Source: Macrostomum lignano (taxonomy: Eukaryota). From it: a DNA stretch of 64,000 nt. Every line of letters starts with the position of its first letter. The first letter of the stretch is position 1. The stretch covers positions 306,756 to 370,755 of the forward strand of contig NIVC01000962.1 of the NCBI GenBank assembly GCA_002269645.1, written 5' to 3'. Positions 24,941 through 34,200 of this stretch are shown in pieces. Position numbers and translations under genes: made by a program. The notes beneath the pieces are model-generated. The model was not told the DNA's origin and searched no databases. It was given only the letters and a program-made list of their open reading frames with translations.

Positions 24941-25514
24941 TATATCTCTAGTCCTTGGTATGAGCTTCTATTATTCTACTTATAGACCTTGGTATGAGCT
25001 GCTGCCTCCCTTTGACTTATTTGTCTTAGCTAAAAGGTAGTCCAAAGACACAATGGAAGGCAAGCATTGTCTATATCAGATACTACTAATCCCTGAGAAG
25101 CCCACATAGGCTAAGCACAGGGCTAGTCAGGGAAGACCTATCTGCAATGTGGTCTTCAGTGGTAACTGGTAACAGTCTCATTTGGTAGCCCAGAGAAACT
25201 GGATGAGCTGTGGGATATTCTTGGGCTAGCAAGCATAGTACAAAGATGGGTTAGGCCTAAGATAGTTGAGCTAGTCTCGGTTGAAGGCTGGGCAGTGGCA
25301 GACAAAATGCTTGGCATTTTCATTCTTGAAGTTATAGAAGGGGCAGAGTTCACTCTGGCCTGGTAATGCCTGGCAAGGCAACCATGACCTATGAAGTTCA
25401 CAGTAAGAACGCGGATGTTTTTTTATTTTGGTTCAAAGGGATTCTCCGCAGCTTGAGGGATAGATTGGGCACTGCCACTTGGGATTGGCGACAGTTTGGA
25501 ATGCCATCCCATTT

Positions 25515-25790
25515 GTATACATTGGGGGGTAGAGGTTCTGATGGGAGTGGGTGTACATTAGGGGGTAGAGGTTCTGATGGGAGCGGGTGTACATTAGGGG
25601 GTAGAGGTTCTGACGGGAGCGGGTGTACATTAGGGGATAGAGGTTCTGATGGGAGCGGGTGTACATTAGGGCGTAAAGGTTCTGATGGGAGCGGGTGTAC
25701 ATTATGGGGTTGAGGTTCTGATGGGAACGGGTGTATGTTAGGAGGTAGAAGATCTGACGGGAGTGGGTGTACATTGGGGGGTAGAGGTTC
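25515..25790. repeat. 36-bp minisatellite
   Basis: Unit TACATTAGGGGGTAGAGGTTCTGATGGGAGCGGGTG. Confidence 0.9.
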
Positions 25791-25799
25791 ACACAGGTG

Positions 25800-26030
25800 T
25801 GTAGGTGCAGGATATCCGCCCAGTCGTTAATCTGATTATTAATGACCGCGGCGCGGATGGGGGCCAGAGGCACGGGACCAAGGAGCAAGCTGGAGCTACC
25901 CGTCTTAGCGAGGGAGTCAGCGAGCTCGTTACCTTTGAAACCGGCGTGTCGTGTTCCTCCAATTTGTAGTGGTGGTGTGGCACAGGGCCTGCAAGGCAGC
26001 CTGACTGTCAAACCGAACCCACACAAAACC
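25800..26030 (-). pseudogene. RNase H domain remnant of a non-LTR retrotransposon
   Basis: FDSQAALQAL in one frame and HAGFKGNELADSLAKTG...GPVP in another. These are two conserved RNase H motifs, separated by a deletion or frameshift. Confidence 0.7.
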
Positions 26031-26119
26031 CATTGCATGCGCTAACCGGAGCACCCAAAAGCTGCCTTGAGGAGATTCCCTGAGCACCACAGGCAACACA
26101 CAGGAAGCACAGATTCGCA

Positions 26120-26341
26120 ATGAAGTTCCTTGGTCGCCGATTCGTGAAGGCGCCCAAATACTTGACGCCTCGCCGGCTCGAGGCCGTGTCCAACTGGTCC
26201 TTCACCGCCGGCACCTATGCGGCCTCGGCCATCGTCCTGCTGTTGTTCGTGACCGACTGGCGGGTCACCAACCGCTTCATCCCAATCTACGGCAGGAAGT
26301 TCGCCGAGATGGACAAAGCCGAGGAGGAGCGGCTGAACTAG
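26120..26341 (+). CDS. UQCR11: Cytochrome b-c1 complex subunit 10 (QCR10/UQCR11), single exon, 73 aa
   Basis: MKFLGRRF...NWSFTAGTYAASAIVLLLFVTDWRV...IPIYGRKF resembles FLGPRY...NWVPTA...VWATDWR...VPYINGKF; one transmembrane segment; AATAAA near 26389. Confidence 0.85.
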   Translation: MKFLGRRFVKAPKYLTPRRLEAVSNWSFTAGTYAASAIVLLLFVTDWRVTNRFIPIYGRKFAEMDKAEEERLN

Positions 26342-27919
26342 CGAGCTTGACTAAACCAATAGCAGATTTGACGCTGTAAACAAACTTTAATAAACTAATT
26401 TAGTTCATACTACTAACCGAAGTAGCATTAGTAGGAAGTGTTTTTCTTCAAACTACAATCTAAGTGATGCGTGTTTTTAACGGCAGACAAATTAGTGTAG
26501 TAAATGATACTTTGTCATCAACCGAAATTCTTGTGTACTGAGTGTCCAGTCCAGGCCTAGATAAAAATAAAATGCGATTGAAACAACAGAGTTCACATCC
26601 ACTTTTGCTTAGCTCTAATCGAATGGCATTGAAGTTTTTTATTTTTATTGAAAGTATGTAGATATTAATTTGTGAAATTAGCTACCGATATGTGAAATTA
26701 GCATCCCAATATGTGGAATTAGCATCCCATATGTGAAATTAGCATCCCATATGTGAAATTAGCATCCCATATGTGTACTTAGCATAGCAATTGTGAAATA
26801 AAACTGTCTTCTTTAAAATTAATTTCAGAAACGCGCCAAAATTTACAGAATTATGAGCCATTAATATTTTGTTAAACTCGGTGAGTACATTATGGGTGCT
26901 GTTTATAAAGAGTTTATCCCATTTATTAATAAATCCCATGATGACAAACTCACATTTGAAATTTCCGGGCATCATTGCAGTGCAGATTTTACACTTGATT
27001 ATTTTGTCTTTACTTTTTTGTTTTATTATCTAATATGAGTACATCATTATGCGTTACCTTTTACTTTGTTTTGCTAGTTATTATTCTACAATTCGTTACG
27101 CCATTAATCAGTGCTGCAGTGCAGTCCCATTCACACATGATACGGGTTATGAGATCTGATTATAATTCTATGCACCCTTGTTGTATGTAAGCAAAGTTTA
27201 CCTCAGGATTCAAATTTTAATGACAACAAAATATTTAATCTATTTTAGGCAATTCGAGGACTGCACTACTGATGGTAAGTAGTAGGATTTTTTACCTAGA
27301 TATATTCTCATAGTAGCACAATGATGACAAAACACAATTTGAAGCAAAGATCACCGCGTCGAGCTGACTCGGGTTGATGATCTCGAACTTCTGTTTTAGC
27401 TTTACCTAATTTATGTAAAACTGAATCTTTATTTTAATTTTATTGTTTGTTATAATTAATTTTATAAACCAGCTTTGACTTGAGCTCGGCTTCGCTCGTG
27501 TAGTCTTTGATCCGTGATACAGGTTATGAGAGCTGAGTGCTACTGCTGTGTTTCATTTGCTCTGTCTATTTAGGTAGCAAATTCATGCGGTGTGACACTA
27601 GATTCCAATCTAATTATACTTTGCTTTTTGTGGAAATTTTTAGACTGAGATCAGCTTCCAAGATGATGGATGATGCTGCAACCTGCGAACCCGAGTGACC
27701 GTTGACAACTGTATAGTGTTTATCTTCTTTACAAATATACCAATGGCATAGTTTTTTTGGAGAGCTTTTTTCTCTACTAAGATTTTGTGCTCTAAATTTT
27801 TTGTGTGCGTTTCACTTTTGTGTGGAGTACGGCATGTTAACGTTGATAGGTAAAGCATTGAAGGCTTGGGTGAACTTATAATTGGAGACATGCTTGCAGC
27901 GAAGGTTAAAGGAACGAAG

Positions 27920-28515
27920 AGATCATTGAAGGGTTGGTTGGGTGAAGGGATCATTGAAGGGTTGGGTGGGTGAAGGATCATTGAAGGGTTGGGTGAAGGG
28001 ATGAATGAAGGGTTGGTTGGGTGAAGGGATCATTGAAGGGTTGGTTGGGTAAATGGATCATTGAAGGGTTGGTTGGGTGAAGGGATCATTGAAGGGTTGG
28101 TTGGGTGAAGGGGTCATTGAAGGGTTGGTTGGGTAAATGGATCATTGAAGGGTTGGTTGGTTGAAGGGATCATTGAAGGGTTGGTTGGGGGAAGGATCAT
28201 TAAAGGGTTGGTGGGTGAAGGGATCATTGAAGGGTTGGTTGGGTGAAGGATCATTGAAGGGTTGGGTGGGTGAAGGGATCATTGAAGGGTTGGGTGGGTG
28301 AAGGGATCATTGAAGGGTTGGGTGGGTGAAGGGATCATTGAAGGGTTGGGTCGGTGAAGGGATCATTGAAGGGTTGGTTGGGTGAAGGGATCATTGAAGG
28401 GTTGGTTGGGTGAAGGGATCATTGAAGGGTTGGGTCGGTGAAGGGATCATTGAAGGGTTGGTTGGGTGAAGGGATCATTGAAGGTTTGGGTGGGTGAGGG
28501 ATCATTGAAGGGATG
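27920..28515. repeat. About 24-bp G-rich minisatellite upstream of BTF3
   Basis: Unit approximately GAAGGGATCATTGAAGGGTTGGTTGGGT. Confidence 0.92.
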
Positions 28516-28569
28516 ATTGATAAGTTAAATAAATCTCTGTGTTTTTGATATGCGAAAGATTCAATTTAT

Positions 28570-28708
28570 ACTACTGAGAAAAAGTAGGCGAATAAAGATT
28601 TGAATTGTAAAATCTCTCACATAGCCCGAGAAATGTCGCCATAAAAGAAGCGTCTGTGCCCACATAGAGTCGACGTTAAAATCTTATTCGTCTACTTTTC
28701 TCAGTAGT
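28570..28708. mobile_element. Small MITE-like element with about 31-bp inverted arms, upstream of BTF3
   Basis: ACTACTGAGAAAAAGTAGGCGAATAAAGATTT versus AAATCTTATTCGTCTACTTTTCTCAGTAGT. Confidence 0.65.
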
Positions 28709-28819
28709 CTGAATTGAAAATCTCCATGATACAAGGTATCACTGTAAGGTTAGTAGAGCTTAGAATAATCGATCTATACCCATATTTCAGTGCCAAGAGA
28801 ACACACAGCAGTGACTAGC

Positions 28820-29564
28820 ATGGACCGGCAGGCCAAGATAGAGAAGCTGAAGGCGCAGGTGGACTCTGTCCGCATCGGCGGCAAGGGCTCCGCCCGCCGC
28901 AAGAAGAAGGTTCTGCACAAGAACACTGGCACTGACGAGCGGAAGGTCACCGCCACGCTGAAGAAGCTGGGCGTCAATTCCATACCCGGCATCGAGGAGG
29001 TGAACATGTTCAAGGATGACAACGAGGTCATTCACTTCAACAATCCCAAGGTGCAGGCCTCTCTGCAGGCCAACACCTTCGCCATCACTGGCCAGTCTGA
29101 GACCAAGCGGCTCACCGAGCTGCTGCCCACAGTCTGGAACCAGATGGGGCCGGACAACTTCGCCAACCTCAAGAGGCTGGCTACTGGTGCCGGGGGCTTT
29201 GGTGAGTGCTGCAGTAGCTGCGCTTTTTGCTGGGCTCTGGCGTTCACTTATCCTTCACCCATCCCTTCACCCATTCTTCACCCATTCACCCATCCCTTCA
29301 CCCATCCCTTCACCCATTCACCCATCCCTTTACCTATCCCTTTAACCATCCCTTCACTCATCCCTTCACTCATCCCTTCACTCATCCCTTCACTCATCTA
29401 TCCGCCCTCGTCACCCCGTAGGCCTGTCTCAGCCAGAGGAAGGCGCCGCTGGAGGCGCTGTCGACAGCGCCGGGACGGCGGCCTCGGGCGCTGCCGCCGC
29501 TGCCGACGACGACGACGTGCCGGAGCTGGTCGGCAACTTCGACGAGGCCGCCAAGACGGAGTGA
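28820..29564 (+). CDS. BTF3: Transcription factor BTF3 / nascent polypeptide-associated complex beta, 174 aa. Exons 28820-29201 and 29422-29564
   Basis: [53 protein letters not shown]; C-terminus [17 protein letters not shown]. Phase-1 GTGAGT/CGTAG intron. Confidence 0.96.
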
Positions 29565-29964
29565 AATTCGGGGCAGACTTGTTGTGACCGCTCGCGCCCT
29601 ACTACTAGTATAGGATTCGTCAGTTATTATTCTGTTAAGCAAAGCGCGCAAACTTTAGTGCGCTTCTGTCCCAATGCATTCATCATTCTAATATCTGTCT
29701 GAGTCGGATTTTTGTTCCCGAATATTTTGCTAAATTTTGCTTGCCTTAGTTATTTCTCATCTGAGCTGGTGTCACAGCGGCTAAAGGGTTCCCCTCTTTG
29801 CGATTCAGGTCCCCTATATGTGTGTGCTTAGCATTGTACTTTTAGCTCCTATTTTCTCTTATTGTCCAGGTCGTTGAACCTAGTCAACGAGTTACTGAGT
29901 TACCCAATTTTTTGTATAACTAATTGTGGTTAAAAAGAGTGTCCTCCGCAATCCCATTGGATGA

Positions 29965-30290
29965 GATTAAATCCCATAGGGATGAGATTCTTTTGGATTT
30001 AAATCTTATAGGGATGAGATTCTTTAGGATTTAAATCCCATAGGGATGAGATTGTTTGGGATTCAAATCCCATAGGGATGAGATTGTTTGGGATTCAAAT
30101 CCCATAGGGATGAGATTGTTTGGGATTTAAATCCCATAGGGATGAGTGAGATTCTTTGGAGTTTAAATCCCATAGGGATGAGATTGTTTGGGATTTAAAT
30201 CCCATAGGGATGAGTAAGATTCTTTAGGATTTAAATCCCATAGGGATGAGATTCTTTGAGATTTAACTCCCATAGGGATGAGATTGTTTG
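29965..30290. repeat. About 32-bp minisatellite containing palindromes
   Basis: Unit AAATCCCATAGGGATGAGATTGTTTGGGATTT. Confidence 0.9.
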
Positions 30291-30589
30291 TGTTAACCGA
30301 CCCGACTGCAGTTGAGTGGAGAATCTGTGCAATGTTCTGAGCAACCCCCCCTCCGTGTCTGTCTGTTCCATCAGTAATTTAAAAATAAACTCAAATTAAA
30401 ACAGGTTTTGAGTACATGTTGTGCTTTTGTAACTGTCTTGAGTCCGGGGCTTAAATGTGGTAAATATATACGCTAACAGTAAATGAATTGTTGTTGTAGC
30501 CTGCTGTGGGGTCAGACTTTTGGCAATAATGCTTTTTGAGATTTTTTAATAGGAATAAAATGGGTCACTTTTTTTTTACCTTTCCCTAC

Positions 30590-31170
30590 CCCTTCCCTGT
30601 TCCCTGTTACCTCTCCCCGCTTCCCTGTCCCGATCCCCCTCTTCCTTGTCCCTCTTCCTTGTCCCCTCTTCCCTGCTCCTCTCCTTCCTCTTCATTCTCT
30701 CTCTTCCCTGCCCCTCTTCCCCCCTCTTCATTCTCTCTCTTCCCTGCCCCTCTCCCCCCTCTTCATTCTCTCTCTTCCCTGCCCCTCTTCCCCCTCTTCA
30801 TTCTCTCTCTTCCCTGCCCCTCTTCCCCCTCTTCATTCTCTCTCTTCCCTGCCCCCCTTCCCCCTCTTCATTCTCTCTCTTCCCTGCCCCCCTTCCCCCT
30901 CTTCATTCTCTCTCTTCCCTGCCCCCTTCCCCCTCTCCATTCTCTCTCTTCCCTGCCCCCCTTCCCCCTCTTCATTCTCTCTCTTCCCTGCCCCTCTTCC
31001 CCCTCTTCATTCTCTCTCTTCCCTGCCCCTCTTCCCCCTCTTCATTCTCTCTCTTCCCTGCCCCTCTTCCCCCTCTTCATTCTCTCTCTTCCCTGCCCCT
31101 CTTCCCCCTCTTCCCTTTCTTTCCCGTCCTCTTCCCTGCCCTCTCCCCTGTCCCTCTCCCCAGTCCCATT
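30590..31170. repeat. 35-bp CT-rich minisatellite upstream of KRI1
   Basis: Unit CTTCCCTGCCCCTCTTCCCCCTCTTCATTCTCTCT. Confidence 0.93.
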
Positions 31171-31286
31171 CCCCTAATCGCACACACTAATATTATCGCA
31201 CACATTAAGCTAATATTCTTAATTAATGATCCGCAAGACTGTCTGGTCGCTATCCGATGCATGCACCCACTGCCGGCCGCACAGAC

Positions 31287-34200
31287 ATGCTGAAAATAAA
31301 CAAAAAGTTTGCTAAAAAATACGACGAGTATCGTCGCAAAGAGGAGCTGCAGAAGTGTGAGTAGGAGCTGGGTTTTTGGTGAGAAGAGGGGATTAGAATT
31401 GCGGTAAAGCAGAAAGTAAAAAAAATTATCAACGGATAAACATTAAGGGGATCAGAGAGAGACGGTGAGAATAAGAAATTGGGGGCAGTGGCACACAGGG
31501 GGCAGCGGCACACAGTGGGCAGTGACGCACAATCAGGCAGTGGCACACATGGGGGCAGTGACGCACAATCAGGCAGTGGCACACAGGGGCAGTGACACAG
31601 GGGGGCAGTGACGCACAATCAGGCAGTGACACACAGGGGGGCAGTGACACTCAGGGGGGGGCAGTGACGCACAATCAGGCAGTGGCACACATGGGGGCAG
31701 TGACGCACAATCAGGCAGTGGCACACAGGGGCAGTGACACAGGGGGGCAGTGACGCACAATCAGGCAGTGACACACAGGGGGGCAGTGACACTCAGGGGG
31801 GGGCAGTGACGCACAATCAGGCAGTGGCACACATGGGGGCAGTGACGCACAATCAGGCAGTGGCACACAGGGGCAGTGACACAGGGGGGCAGTGACGCAC
31901 AATCAGGCAGTGACACACAGGGGGGCAGTGACGCACAATCAGGCAGTGGCACACATGGGGGCAGTGACGCACAATCAGGCAGTGGCACACAGGGGCAGTG
32001 ACACAGGGGCAGTGACACACAGGGGGCAGTGACACAGGGGCAGTGACACACAGGGGGGCAGTGGCACACAGGGGCAGTGACACAATCAGGCAGTGACACA
32101 CAGTGGGCAGTGACACACAGTGGGCAGTGACGCACAGGGGGCAGTGACACACGGGGCAGTGACACTCGGGGGGGGGAGTGACGCACAGGGGGCAGTGACA
32201 CACGGGGCAGTGACGCACAGGGGGCAGCGGCACACAGGGGAGGGCAGTGGCACACAGGTGTTAGACACACAATCAGGCAGTGGCACACAGTGGTTAGACA
32301 CACAATCAGGCAGTGGCACACAGGGGTTAGACACACAATCAGGCAGTGGCACACAGTGGGCAGTGACGCACAGTGGGCAGTGACGCACAGTGGGCAGTGA
32401 CGTACAGGGGGCAGTGACACACAGGGGGCAGTGACGCACAGTGGGCAGTGACACTCGGGGGGGAGTGACGCACAGGGGCAGCGGCACACAGGGGAGGGCA
32501 GTGGCACACAGGGGTTAGACACACAATCAGGCAGTGGCACACAGGGGTTAGACACACAATCAGGCAGTGGCACACAGGGGTTAGACACACAATCAGGCAG
32601 TGGCACACAGGGGTTAGACACACAATCAGGCAGTGGCACACAGGGGTTAGACACACAATCAGGCAGTGGCACACAGGGGTTAGACACACAATCAGGCAGT
32701 GGCACACAGGGGTTAGACACACAATCAGGCAGTGGCACACAGGGGTTAGACACACAATCAGGCAGTGGCACACAGTGGGCAGTGACGCACAGGGGGCAGT
32801 GACACAGGGGGGCAGCGGCACACAGTGGGCAGTGACGCACAGGGGGCAGTGACACAGGGGGCAGTGACACACAATCATCCTTAATCCCCCCAGCAGTCAA
32901 GGACAAATACGGAGATGTAAAGCTGAGCCAGGCAAAGTCAGCCACAGAGGCTGCGGACGCCTCAGAGTCATCCGAGTCCTCTGAGTCCAGCTCAGACTCG
33001 GAGCCCCAGGGCTGGACCCCTGGCACAGAGGCCGGCTTTCTCCGGGTCTACGCGGCCCTTCAGTCTGGGGACTCCCGGCTGTACGATCCCAAAGTCAACT
33101 GGTTCCAGGAGGACGAGGAGGCCAGCGATGAAGCTGAGGATGCTGGAAGCGATGAGGCGGAGAAGGAAGAAAAACACAAGCCGATGTACTATAATGAGTT
33201 TCATAGGAAATTCCTGCTCGAAGGAGCCTAGTAAGTGTTCTAAAAGTGCATTGAAAGCTATTAAAAGTACATTAGAGAACACACCAATAACAAGTGTTTG
33301 CGTTTGTGTCTTCAAGACTTTTTTAATTCATTGCTTTGCATTTCCAACTGTGACAGCAAGGCCGGCGAGGACTCCGCAACTGCCGCTGCGCCCGATGCCG
33401 AGGTGCGGGAGAATCTCCGAGAGGCTGAACGGATACGGGACTCGCTGGCTAGGGCTCAGTGAGTGCTGCTGTGTACTGCTCGCCTTCTCTCCACTCTCTC
33501 CCCTCCGCCCTCTCCCTCCGCCCTATCCCTCCGCCCTATCCCTCCGCACTCTCCCTCCGCCCCTTCTATTAGGGTGAGCCAAAAGTTTCCGGAATTTTTT
33601 AGAATCGAACTTTTAGTTAATTTTTGTCTATGGAAAAGCTTAAAAACAGCAACCATCTACTATGCTGTTGGCCAGCCTTATCATCACTCTTTAGCTTAAC
33701 ATTGCTCAGTTTCCCAGACCCTGCCTACTTAAGCCAGCAAACGCATCCAATGGAACTGCCAAGAACTGAATGGCGAGCAATTCTGCTCAACCACTTTCAT
33801 GCGGGACGCAACGCAGCAGAGGCACATCGCGAGTTGTTGCAGCTGATGGGCCCACATGCACCCTCCAAGTCGTCGGTGTACGACTGGTTCTCTCGCTTTG
33901 CTGAGGAGAACTATGAGCTGAAGGACAAGCCGAGGTCAGGCCGACCCCCTGCTGCTGATGGCGATGCCGTTCTCCAAGCCCTTGAGGACAATCCGGATTA
34001 CAGCGTGCGCAAGCTGTCAGCCGCTACTGGGGTGTCCTATGGCACGGTCCGGCGGAGCCTGCATGCTGCGGACAAGGTGCCGAAGAAGCCAACTCTAGTG
34101 CCCCATGAGCTGACACCTCAGCAGCTGAGAGCCAGGGTGGATGTGGCAACTTCGAATCTTCGCCAGGCCGGTTCGCCAAACTTTCTCAAGTCGATAATCG

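Noticed and set aside
17160-25400. Bacterial or organellar contamination, or horizontally acquired island
   Set aside because: It contains an in-frame INTS8 exon with canonical splice sites and a SINE and a repeat shared with the GC-rich flanks; no prokaryote-like ORFs.
17160-25400. Fungal-type RIP (CpA to TpA)
   Set aside because: In the SINE and MITE comparisons the changes concentrate at CpG, and many CpA/TpG dinucleotides persist. TpA excess is explicable by double CpG deamination.
28790-29587. 265-aa single-exon BTF3 ORF
   Set aside because: It reads into the 16-bp-repeat intron; the conserved C-terminus is recovered only by splicing 29201 to 29422.
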